25,961 nucleotides of DNA from Octopus sinensis (GCF_006345805.1 NW_021835620.1:1-25961); one strand, 5' to 3'; counted from the first letter of the stretch, positions 9,450 through 20,529 are shown. Numbers and translations are program-made. Notes: a model not told the origin generated them from the sequence alone.

Positions 9450-11400
9450 TACGTCGAGAATTGTTTCTGCCCGCACGGTGCCCCCGAGGGTGCTCTTCGC
9501 CGAGTGTCCGAGGCGGCCGGTACGTTCACCGTGAAAAAAATTAGTGTCCAGAGCGAGCCCCACCGGCTTGCATGCGAAAAGAATGGAATGCCCTCTTCAT
9601 CGGAGAATCAAATCCCCGAGCTGGCGCTTCACTGCGTTTATATCTACAATTCAGCATTCTGTCCACTCTTGTGCTTCCAATCATTCGTGAATAGAGACCC
9701 GAAATAATTATGTTCCACTTTCCTACACAGTGCGTATTTATCAATCCTGCCTTGGGGTACCTGGCAGCCAACCCATTCAGTGCACGTTGTTGGTGACCAT
9801 CAGACGAATCAGGTAGCAGCATGTCGTTTACAAATAACAGTCGACCGATCAGGTAGAGATGAATTGGGATACCTCTACAACAATGGCTGCGCATATTCAA
9901 CCAGATCACAAAAAAGATAGTGAGAAGGGGCACTAACAATGCACATTTCAACTAAGTGAAACCTTCAAGTTGAAAACTTCGACTTTTGCATAAATACAAT
10001 CATTTGAACACATATAAGTTCTTTATGGCAACCTGTATTTGCCCATTAAACTCACCCTCTGGTAAGCTATCCGCAACATGCCCCAGGGCGCGTGATCGTG
10101 TGCCTTTTCGTGGTTTACAGCGTATAAATCTTGGAAATATTCAATTGTTTGCTGGAAGATCTGTCTTTGAATGACTCACTCTCTTGTTGGCTGTACTGTG
10201 TCCCGGACAGTAATCGTGGGAGCGACAATTTCCCTACATATCTTTTCCTGATATCTAGTGTAGACTTTCTATAATTAAACACACTCTTTGGTCTCTGTTT
10301 GAAAAAATTTTGATTGTCCCCCCATATTACCATTACCTTCATGTTTTTTCAAAGGTCCCATTCACCTTGCATACATGGGTCACTCAGAGAATACCATCTG
10401 TATTTAAGGTCTCTAAAATATGAAGCCGAACGTGCTTATCACCAGCAGCTTTACCACTTTTAAGTGAATTCAAATAAGCGTCCAACCGAAGAAGAACCTG
10501 CCGAATAAAATAATACAACCACGAATCCTTTCGATGTCCAATTTCATTCAGTCTCCAGTCAGTCATACATTTGCATGCAAACTCCACAATTTTATATCTG
10601 ATTCCAGCATCCACAGCGGCTTCCAACTGTATTCTGTAGGTCGCACTGGACTTACCAATTTCCAGTGTTCGGCAGGACTGTAGGAATTTTCAGGTTTTCA
10701 GACATTTAGGTAGTGACGAGTTGACAACTCTACCCCTTCCTTTTACCCGAACGTTCATCAAAGAGTGAAAGATGACCGAAATCTATCAAAAATCTCTGTC
10801 ACCAAGTATTTCTATACCAGGCACCCTTATAATTATCCCTGTCTTAAAATAATATCTATACCATAGAGAGGAGTGTGTGTATCCTGCACTGAAGGCTGCT
10901 ATGACCTCTCCATTAAGTTCACTGACGACATTCCTTCCAATCAATCCTTCTCACGGTTATCAGTGCCAAGGTGTGCACTGAAGTCTCCTTGCAGGACAAA
11001 TGACTTTACCCCAAATATTTCTAAAGCTGAGGTGAATTTGCTTAGGAAGGATTTGTATTTGACCCAGCTGTTTGCTGCATATACTTACAGCAGCCACAGT
11101 GGTCCTACATATTCAGCCTTAGCTTCAAGAGGTGATCCCTCACACCTAGTAGGTTTCACTCCATAATACAATCCGAAAGCTGGGGATTGAGAGTATCCTA
11201 ATCCCACCTGTGCAGACATTGTTGGCACCACAGTTGCGTAGTGGAGTTTCAAGCCTATATCCAAGTGTACGCTATCGGAGAAAGGAAATTTTGTAGAGGA
11301 GACACCGATTATATCTTACAGGCAGATTATATCTAACAATTTTGATGTTTTAATTCTCAATTATTAAGTATTGTTCCCTTCTTGATCTGCTTTGTTGTCC
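9450..11400 (-). mobile_element. Decayed, internally deleted RTE-clade LINE (EN+RT)
   Basis: Mirror of 13250-15240. GDFSAHLG at 10988-10965; also LKSGKAAG and LLFVND. Confidence 0.8.
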
Positions 11401-11703
11401 TGAGACCGTCAATTTTGTGCTCCCACACCAAGCACCCCAGATTAATTTGCAGGCTTCTTGCTTGTTGCACCGGTATTGGGTGGGTTGTGCTATACATTTA
11501 TCGAACGGACTCCTCTACTCGAGATCCGGATGCGATGTCTTTTAACTAAATCGACAAATGATGCGGTATGGTTGTTATTTTCATATTGTAGTTATGATGG
11601 CCTTATTTGCGCCGAGTTCCAAACTGATATTTGTAATTGACCGATGAATATTCGCACCTGGCGAATATTTTATCATTATTCTATTGAGTTTTACAATTAT
11701 TCT

Positions 11704-11844
11704 ATTGCAGCAGTGTGCGCTGTGTCTAACACGACCCATCATCGGAAATTTTGACACCTCACGTCGGGTTTGTTGTCCTACATCACTCATAGAGTAAATT
11801 TGGAGGAACTGTGGTTGTTCATTTGCGGGTACCAGGGGATAGAC
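11704..11844 (-). mobile_element. Duplicated Helitron Rep fragment (VY..PANEQPQFLQIYSMSD)
   Basis: Reverse complement of 15814-15954. Confidence 0.7.
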
Positions 11845-11846
11845 AA

Positions 11847-12173
11847 TACCTTACAAAGATATACTGGATAATTAATGAGGTGATGTGGTGCATGAAAAGA
11901 GCAAGGTTTTAGCGATAGGACGATTTCGGTGAGGCGGAGAAGAATAGAAGTGCATTCTGTACTCTGTTGTGTTCTCTCACTAATATTTAGTCTCTCTATT
12001 TTACTTAATGAATACAGTCCTTAGCTTTTCCCATCACATATAGTATGTGGCTTGTCCAGTCCTCATTCTACATTGTGCGTCCTTTTCATTAACCATTTAC
12101 AGTCACTGTCATCAATTCTAATATACTCTATTCAATTTAATCCACACCTACGATCATTGGGCACTCTAGTTAA
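11847..12173. repeat. ~330-bp direct repeat D1 (partner D2 at 20035-20365)
   Basis: Aligns directly to 20035-20365 at roughly 95% identity; offset 8188 bp. Confidence 0.95.
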
Positions 12174-12568
12174 TGATAGAAAAGTGGCCACTATTCAGCT
12201 CTAGTCACTCACGTACAATACCACCATCCGTAGCCTGTACAATTGATCACCAGTTAGCATCCTTTTCACTTGGTCCGTTGTAGACAACATATAATATTCT
12301 GATTTGACCAAATACCTACAAAGAAGTAAGCAGTCTGGTAGTGTTGTATATAGTCTACAGGTATAGACGTTTGAAAAGTGACATACCATAAGAGGATTTG
12401 AGAATGTTTATGTTAGACAACCCGACAAAGGTTGAGTGTGTGTGCGTGTGCGTGAGAGAGAGGGTTAGAGAGAAAGAGAGGCAACAAAAAGAGAGAATGA
12501 GAGGTATAAAAAGAGAACAAGAGAAAGACAAAAAGAGATGAGAGATCAGAAATATAAAGTATACTAAC

Positions 12569-12643
12569 CGTCATATACAAGGTTTGAATAAGGAGGACAA
12601 GTTGTTCTGCCCCACCGGGTATACAATGATCCGAGACCGGGTT
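12569..12643 (-). CDS. Penultimate exon of the short-chain collagen C4-like gene: (E)PGLGSLYTRWGRTTCPPYSNLVYD(G)
   Basis: Acceptor tttcattttaatttcacAG and donor G|GTTAGT. It is 75 nt, phase 1 to phase 1. The YTRWGRTTC...LVYDG motif starts this domain, and the phase-1 end joins exactly to G|GT GTG GCT GGT GGA of the terminal exons. Confidence 0.9.
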
Positions 12644-13249
12644 CTGTGAAATTAAAATGAAATAATGTAGTTTAAAAGAAAGAATTGGGGGATCATTTAC
12701 AAAGTAGGATGTTGGATGGGAAGGAATTGATGGAGAAGAGAGAAAGATAGAATTTAAGAAAGAACGAGTGAATGAATGAAAGTCAGAACGAAAGATGTAA
12801 ATAATAAGAATAAATTGTAAAGAAAGAAAAAAGACATTTGTCTGTTGAGCCTGTTGGTGACGTTGATGTCAAAGATTTGAGAGATTAATCTCAGAATATC
12901 AGAATGTGTATCGGTCTCCGCTATGAACGGATGTATGTATGATACGTAAACTTGGGTATGAGTATATATACTTCTCAATAGAATAATGATAAAACTCAAT
13001 AGAATAATGATAAAATATTCGCCAGGTGCGAATATTCATCGGTCAATTCCAAATATCAGTTTGGAGCTCGGCGCAAATAAGGCCATCATAACTACAACAT
13101 GAAAATAACAACCATATCGCATCATTTGTCGATTTAGTTAAAAGACATCGCATCCGGATGTCGAGTAGAGGAGTCCGTTCGATAAATGTATAGCACAACC
13201 CACCTAATACCTGTGCAACCAGCAAGAAGCCTGCAACTTAATCTGGGGT

Positions 13250-15240
13250 GCGTGGGGTGGGAGCACAAAATTGACGGTCTCAGGAAACCAAAGCAGATCA
13301 AGAAGGGAACAACCTTTAAAAATTGAGAATTCAAACGTCAAAATTGTTAGATATAATCTGCCTGTAAGATATAATCGGTGTCTCCTCTACAAAATTTCCT
13401 TTCTCCGATAGTGTATACATGGATATAGGCTTGAAACTCCACGACGCAACTGTGGTGCCAACAATGTCTGCACAGGTGGGATTAGGATACTCTCAATGCC
13501 CAGCTTTCGGATTGTATAATGGAGTGAAACCTACTAGGTGTGAGGGTTCACCTCTTGAAGCTAAGGCTGAATATGAAAGACCACTGTGGCTGCTGTAAAT
13601 ATATGCAGCAAACAGCGGGGTCAAATATAAATCCTTCTTAAGCAAATTCACCCGAGGTTTAGATATATTTTGGGGTAAAGTCATTTGTCCTGCAAGGAGA
13701 CTTCAGTGCACACCTTGGCACTGATAACCGTGAGAAGGATTGATTGAAAGGAATGTCGTCAGTGAACTTAATGGAGAGGTCATAGCAGCCTTCTGTGCAG
13801 GATACACACTCTCCTCTCTATGGTATAAATATTATTTTAAGACAGGGATATTTATAAGGGTGCTTGGTATAGAAATACTTGGTGACAGAGGTTTCTGATA
13901 GATTTCGGTCATCTTTCACTCTTTGCTGAACGTTCGGGTAAAAGGAGGGGTGGAGTTGTCAACTCGTCACTACCTAAATGTCTGAAAACCTGAAAATTCC
14001 TACAGTCTGCCGAACACTGGAAATTGGTAAGTCCAGTTCGACCTACATAATACAGTTGGAAGCCGCAGTGGATGCTGGGACCAGAAACAAATATGTGGAG
14101 ACTTTTGCATCCAAATTGAGAGTGACCCTCCTGAATGAAGTTGGACATCGAAATGGATTCGTGATTGTATTATTTTATTCAGCAGGTTCTTCTTCGGTTG
14201 AACGCTTATTTGAGCTAAAATCACTTAAAAGTGATAAAGCTGCTGGTGAAAAGCACGTTCGGCTTGATATTTTAGAAACCTTAAATACAGATGGTATTCT
14301 CTGAGTGACCCATGTATGCTAGGTGGATTGGACCTCTGGAAAAAACACCAAGGCAATGGTTATATGGGGTGAAAATTACAATTTTCTTCAAACTAAGACC
14401 AAAGATTGTGTTCTAATTATCGAAAAGTCTACACTAGATTTCAGGAAACGATAAGTAGGGAAATTGTCGCGCCCAAGATTACTGTCCGGGACGCAGTACA
14501 CCTGACCTTTTAGACGATGAAAGACAGATCTTCCAGCAAACATTGAAATATTTCCAAGGTTTATACGCTGTAAACCACGAAAAGGCACACGATCACGTGC
14601 CCTGAGGCATGTTGTGGATGGTTTACCCGGAAGGTGTGTTAATGTGCAATAGTGTTTGCCATAAAGTACTTATATGTATGTTCAAAAAAATTTTATTTAT
14701 GTAAAATTCGAAAGTTTTCAACGTGAAGGTTTCACTTAGTTGAAGTGTGCTTTGTTAGTGCCCCATCTCACATTCTTTTTGTGATTGGTTGAATATGCGC
14801 AACCATTGTAGTAGAGGTATCGCAATTCATCTCTACGTGATCGGTCGACTGTTATTTGTAGACGACATGCTTCTAACTGATTCGTCTGATGGTCACCAAC
14901 AACGTGCACTGAATTGGTCGGCTGCCGAGTACCCAAAGGCAGGATTGACAAATACGCACTATGTAGGAAAGTGGAAAATCATTATTTCGAATCTCTATTC
15001 ACGAACGATTGGAAGCAGAAGAGTGGACAGGATGCTGAATTGTAGATATAAACGCAGTGAAGCGCCAGCTCGGGCATTTGATTCTCAGATGAAGAGGGTA
15101 TTCCATGCTTTTCGTATGCAAGTCGGTGGGGCTCGCTCTGAGCACTCTAATTTTTTCACAGTGAACGTACCGGCCGCCTCGGACACTCGGCGAAGAGCAC
15201 CCTCAGAGGAACTGTGCGAGCCGAAACAATTCTCGACGTA
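13250..15240 (+). mobile_element. Decayed, internally deleted RTE-clade LINE (APE endonuclease + reverse transcriptase)
   Basis: In order: DIIGVSSTK...GLKLHDATVVPTMSAQVG, IYAANS, GDFSAHLG (13696-13719), KAAG (14236-14247), PGRSTPD (14486-14506), EKAHDHVP*GMLW (from 14579), LLFVDD (14849-14866). Stops, frameshifts and compressed motif spacing. Confidence 0.85.
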
Positions 15241-15624
15241 GCACTGCATATATACTCATATACACACAATAAATGGAATAGTATATTAGAATAACATTTT
15301 ATTTAGGAAATTATTGCAAAGTAGAACATATTTTGAAATAAATTCAGTCAAGTGTCTTAGTATATATTATTGTGGACATATGGATAGTATTGTGGAACTA
15401 ATTCAAAGTTGGTGAAATTATAAATCATTAGTTAAGGAGACACGGGTAAAAGACTTTAGCCATAAAATTAGTTCTTACTTGGTGTGTCATCAGGTTTATC
15501 GTCGAGAGATTTCTTGGAGATGAAACGGTTCTGTGAAAAAATAGAAATAGCATCATATAAATAGAACTTCAGGGTATTTATTACCGTTTAGAACTTAAAA
15601 CAATGCAATAGATGAGAACATATT

Positions 15625-16044
15625 CGGACAGGTATCATAGCCAACACTACCATCTCAACGCCTTAGGAATCTTCTAGAAGGCGCTTCCATCCAGCCAAAG
15701 GATTTTTTGAACAATATCAGACAATAAAACTCAGCATTTCAAATGACGTCGCTTGGTGAATCTAAGAAGATAGATAAACATGAATTTACGCCGAAGTCAA
15801 AGTTCAAGGGCAAGTCTATCCCCTGGTACCCGCAAATGAACAACCACAGTTCCTCCAAATTTACTCTATGAGTGATGTAGGACAACAAACCCGACGTGAA
15901 GTCTCAGAATTTCCGATGATGGGCCGTGTTAGACACAGCGCACACTGCTGCAAAGGAGAGTATATCCACTGACAGCTTTTTCGGTGCGTTCAAAAATCAC
16001 AAAAAACCAACCTCCAATTTTGCATGACAGGTTAGGACTTGAAA
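15625..16044 (+). mobile_element. Helitron RepHel N-terminal coding relic
   Basis: GQVS*PTLPSQRLRNLLEG...FLNNIRQ*NSAFQMTSLG (15704-15757), then after a frameshift KVQGQVY (15799-15819) and PQFLQIYSMSD (from 15844). These match the Helitron helicase-like N-terminal motifs NIRQYNSAFQMTSFG, FKVQGQVY and PKFLQIYF. Confidence 0.8.
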
Positions 16045-16097
16045 GTATAATACCTGATAGTATTATTGGACGCTCAGGAAAGAAAGAAAGAAGGAGG

Positions 16098-16132
16098 GTT
16101 TAACGTTTCGGGTGAGACACTTCGTCGGAAAC
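16098..16132 (-). ncRNA. Second copy of the minimal hammerhead-like motif
   Basis: The minus strand reads GTTT CCGACGA AGTGTCTCACCC GAAA CGTT AAAC. Confidence 0.35.
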
Positions 16133-17239
16133 ATACGAGATGGAAAGATCCAGAGGAGTGAAGACAGAGGAAAAAAAATCGCCAGCGGTACACACGCGTC
16201 ACATTTTGAATGACCGAAGGAAATGGGTGAAAAAGTCCTTTCAAAGACAGGAGAGAGGTAGAGGAGGAGGAATGTGGTGTAAGTGTGGATAAGAGCGTGT
16301 GCGGAGGTCTGCGTGTGTGTTTGTGTGTGTATGTGTCTATGTGTGCAATGATGGCACGTGTGTGTGTGTGCGTGTGTGTGTATGTGGTGTTGTGGCTGTT
16401 AATCTTTACGTGTTGTAGGGTTAGTAGTTTAAGTCAAGGAAGAAAGAAGGATTGGGCGTGGCTCCTTTTGTCTCTACCACAGGTCAAGTAGTAGGTACTG
16501 CTAGTTTGATGTATGTGGTGTGTGCGTGTATGTATATGTATCGTGTGTGTGTGTGTGTATGTATGTGGTGTTCGTGTGTGTATGCGTAGATTTTGGGTAT
16601 GTGGCCAATAACTGTGCTTCACTTAGTGTATGTGTGCGTGTGTGCTTGTGTACGTGCGTATGTGTGTATACCTGTTGAAAAAAAAATGTGTGCCGTGTGT
16701 ATGGGATGTATGTTTGGCTCATTTGTTGTGTGTGTGTGTAGTGCGTGCGTGTCGTATGTGTTTGTAGTTGTGTGTGCATGTACGTGTGCGTTTCTATGTG
16801 TGTGTGTAAGTGTTATATAGGTGTATATACGTATATCCGTGGTGGTTGTGAGTTTTGGGTGTGTGCATTCGTGTGCGTGGTGCGTCCGTATGTTGTGTTG
16901 TTTTGCGTGCGTGTGTGTGTCTGTGTCTATGTGTTACGATGTGTATGTGTGTGTATGCGTGCGTGTAGGCATATTGTGTGTAAGTATATGTATCGATGTG
17001 TATGTGAATTTGTACATGCGTGTATGTGTATGTTTTTGGAGTTGTGTAGGCGTAATGTGCGTGCGTGTGCTTGTGTGCGTGTGTGCGCTTACGTGCGTGT
17101 ATGTGCGTGTGTGTCTGTGCCCATGTGTGTATAAGTGTGTACGTATTTGTATGAGTATTGTGGGCATCTGTGCTGGTATATGTGTATGTACGTGTGTATG
17201 TGTGTGTGTGTGTATTGTGTGCGTATGATATATATATCC

Positions 17240-17486
17240 CCGTGATCACCGTCACAGACCAGTTGTTGCTACATATCGCTGGTCACAATGCGCTTCGCGT
17301 TGTTTTAGCCTTTAAATGACACCACCCCGCTGTTTAAGCGAGCAGGCCAACAGAGTGATCCACAACAACCCAACTCCCTGAGCTCGTGGAGCATTAAACA
17401 CACACAACGCCGAGTCTGGGAATCGAAACCGCGATCCGACAAACCATGAGTGCGCTTGCCCTAACCACTGGGCCACTGTGGCCTCC
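17240..17486 (-). mobile_element. tRNA-derived SINE, mirror of 7062-7347
   Basis: The minus strand starts GGAGGCCACAGTGGCCCAGTGGTTAG, has B box GGTTTCGATTCC, and shares the same 3' body. Confidence 0.8.
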
Positions 17487-17492
17487 ACACAG

Positions 17493-17510
17493 ATATATAT
17501 ATATATATAC

Positions 17511-17546
<36 letters not shown>

Positions 17547-17547
17547 G

Positions 17548-17595
<48 letters not shown>

Positions 17596-17668
17596 TTAAT
17601 ATATATATTATATAATATATATATATATGTAATATATATATATTATATATATATATATATATATATGG

Positions 17669-17736
<68 letters not shown>

Positions 17737-17780
17737 TATATATAATATATATATATAAATACATATCAATATATATATGT
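17493..17780. repeat. Long (TA)n tract
   Basis: Seen directly. Confidence 0.98.
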
Positions 17781-18674
17781 ATACACTCTTCTGCGAGTTT
17801 GATACTTTTATGTTACAGACGGAGATAATTTGTTGAACTCGATGTTTTGTGGTGTTGCTGTAGATTCGGTTGATGCTGTTCCTGAAGTTTACTCATATTT
17901 CTTGTGGTTTCATATTTTATTTGGCACATCAGTTTTCAGGGACCGATGAGAGGCTGCGTGTGTAATGTGAGGCGAGGTTGTGTGTGTGTGTGATTTTTGT
18001 AGAAGAGTGGGAATATTTGAATGTAGGTTGAAAATAGTTAATCGTGGGACGTGTACTTGTACCCTTGTCGAAAGAGTTTCGTGAAACACCTGACAAGTAG
18101 TTAGGTAGTTAACATTTTGTGGTAGTTCTTCAGCGGATATCAAATATCCTTTATTTGGTAATATCGCGATGATTGGATTGCAGACCTTCATCGCATCGAT
18201 TGTAGTTACAATGATACGTATGTGAGTTGTTTTTTACTAACCCATCATGATTTAGTGATGTTAGTTATAAGCTTTTATCGTGTTTTCTGAAGATTGATCA
18301 TGAAAGGGTGATATATTTGTACGGATGTTTCATTTGTGGATTGTTTTCATTTTAAGACGGAATACAACACACATTTAAACGAATCATCATTTTATTTCAA
18401 ATTTAAATTTGATAACTGAACCTCATACAATGTATTCTAGAATCATTCCCTGAGGATTACATCGTTCTGTAAGCTATTGTCACATTCTATGACGTCTCGT
18501 GTTTCGTTTTGAATATTTTCTGAAAACTTGTAGCAGCAATTTATTTAACGACATATATTAGTCGGATGAAATATTGCAAAACACAAATACAAGAAACGTA
18601 TATGTTGCTCTATTTATTTTATTTATGATTCGCCGATATAAATTTTCATATAGAAACGAAATGTAAATTTCTAT

Positions 18675-19174
18675 TCAATATTTACTGCACACAATGCAGG
18701 TTAATTCTCGAACATTGACATACGGTGGACATGGCAATGAACCACAAGCAGCCTGAACGAAATACAGTAGAGCTCCATCTTCGTTTCTGTAACCCGCTGG
18801 ATCAGCTTCTGAGTGCATAGTCCACACACACATATTCAAGTTTGCCTTTATGCCCGTAATGACCGGACATCAAATATCCCGAAATACTCAGCTGTCCAAC
18901 CAGCGTAACACTTGGTCCTGGCTGGAACATCATAACAACAGCAGGTTGTCGTCACCAAACAGACAGCGCACGGAACTGTTGTGATCATGAATTGATTCAG
19001 CATTAGCAAAAGAAAAGAGTTATAGTTGGGGGTATAATTCCAGTTGATATTCACTGCCATAAAGTAAGCACTTTTTGTATCTCCTGTCGTATAATTGGCC
19101 CAAATGGGGTCGTTAGGTAGACACAAGAGATTACTTCCGCCCACAGTATGGCTATAAAGTGTCCACAGCCACAC
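18675..19174 (-). pseudogene. Terminal exon copy A2 of the short-chain collagen C4-like gene, with multiple 1-bp indels
   Basis: Acceptor AG at 19176-19175 and TGA at 18677-18675. Motifs GSNLLCLPNDPIW, VPCAVC, CYAGWTAEY, MSGHYGHKG, LPCPPY, CIVCSKY* appear in shifting frames. The 3' flank is only patchily (~75%) similar to A1/A4. Confidence 0.85.
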
Positions 19175-19389
19175 CTAGAATTGGTAGAATAAACCAAGTA
19201 AAAAAGATGTTAAGCAAAATTATATGTGAAATAACGGAAATATTCATTACAAATTGACACTTAAAAGGAGTCATGTTAGTCGTTGTGAACGAATTTGTTT
19301 TGTATATATGTTAGTGTTTGTAAGTGTAAGCTGTGTGTGCTTGAATGCTTGAGAACGTAGCTGTGCATTTGCCTTGTCATCATATGTAC

Positions 19390-19477
<88 letters not shown>
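19390..19477. repeat. Intronic (TA)n tract upstream of A2
   Basis: About 215 bp from the acceptor, at the same intron position as the (AT)17 palindrome centre. Confidence 0.97.
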
Positions 19478-19480
<3 letters not shown>

Positions 19481-19499
19481 TACTAAGCAGCATCAAGGA

Positions 19500-20030
19500 T
19501 CTCCAGATGTAATGCGGTACGCTTGGTTTCATGCAAATCCAATTATATATATTGATGGAGAAAAAAAGAAAGATATTTTATAACGCATGCACTCGTGTTT
19601 ATCCAAAATGGAAAGGATGTTCACGTTGTGAACGGGATATTTTGGGTTGTGGAAATTGTGGTGGTTTTTGAGTAGGACAATAGGGGAGACGACGAGATGC
19701 AGAGAAGTGGTGGGTAACCGTCGATGAAATGTTGTTTAGTCGATCATACGAGAGTCAGTGGCTAAACCTCTCGTTTAGACTCGACGAATCAGGCTTACAT
19801 AGACGTTATGATCACACAGACCTTTTTTCATGCAATACACAGAAACGAGGTGGGAGGTAAAATTGTTGAGGATCAGTGATGGCTTAGTGCTTAATAATAA
19901 ATGACGGCGAAGTGGGCGACCGATAAAGGATTCGCGTAGGGTTTATAGAGAGTAGATTCAGAGCATTAGGGATTGTGTGAGGTTGATTGGGGACGCAGTT
20001 TTGTAGCAGCAGTTTGAATTGGAAGTTTCG
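19500..20030 (-). mobile_element. Possible very old CR1/L2-type LINE endonuclease relic
   Basis: Minus-strand ILYRSPTSPSF (19925-19914 core), followed in another frame by GLCDHNV (19816-19805), resembling the YRSP...GDFN motifs. Weak. Confidence 0.3.
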
Positions 20031-20034
20031 GAAT

Positions 20035-20365
20035 TACCTTACAAAGATATACTGGATAATTAATGAGGTGATGTGTGGTGCATGAAAAGAGCAAGGTTTT
20101 AGCGACAGGACGATTTCGGTGAGGCGGAGAAGAATAGAAGTGCATTCTGTACTCTGTTGTGTTCTCTCACTAACATTTAGTCTCTCTCTATTTTACTTAA
20201 TGAATAAGGTCCTTAGCTTTTTCCATCAGTTACAGTATGTGGCTTGTCCAGTCCTCATTCTACATTGTGCGTTCATTCCATTAACCATTTACAGTCACTG
20301 TCATCAATTCTAATAGACTCCATTCAATTTAGCCCACACCTACGATCATTGGGCACTCTAGTTAA
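20035..20365. repeat. Direct repeat D2
   Basis: Partner of 11847-12173; cut at 20365 by the palindrome arm with a 2-bp AA overlap. Confidence 0.95.
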
Positions 20366-20529
20366 AGAAAAGAGTTTATTTGAGTAGTAGCCTAATTGAT
20401 ATTCACTGCCATAAATGTAACCACTTTTTTCAACTTCAGTCGTATAATTGGCCCAAATTGGATCGTTAGGTAAACACAAGAGATTACTACCGCCACCTGT
20501 GTGGTCATAAAATTGTCCACCAACCACAC
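20364..20529 (-). pseudogene. 3'-truncated terminal exon copy A3 (first ~55 codons)
   Basis: Intact acceptor at 20531-20530. Encodes VVGGQFYDHTGGGSNLLCLPNDPIWANYTTEVEKSGYIYGSEYQLGYYSNKLFS, then fuses to D2. Confidence 0.9.

Larger units (their letters stand above)
6655..11844 (+). repeat. Left arm of a large interrupted inverted duplication
   Basis: Reverse complement of 12974-17786 block by block: (TA)n, SINE, CA-rich tract, Penelope-like fragment, Helitron fragment, RTE relic. Roughly 90-97% identity with structural differences. Confidence 0.93.
12974..17786 (-). repeat. Right arm of the large interrupted inverted duplication
   Basis: Reverse complement of 6655-11844. It has an extra 15517-15813 block and lacks the equivalent of 8639-9006. 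Confidence 0.93.

Noticed and set aside
9094-11789. LTR retrotransposon or giant TSD reading of the 85-bp direct repeats
   Set aside because: The repeat is a piece of Helitron coding sequence with no TG..CA, PBS or PPT, and the interior is a decayed LINE plus unrelated DNA.
12213-12315. 103-nt minus-strand segment with a good acceptor (cttctttgtAG) and donor (GTGAGT)
   Set aside because: I recognise no homology. It would interrupt the phase-1 join between the penultimate and terminal exons, and the most protein-like frame has a stop. At most a cryptic exon.
14789-15241. 150-aa ORF (and 13978-14304, 9541-9951, 10384-10626) as host genes
   Set aside because: They are frame fragments of the decayed RTE element.
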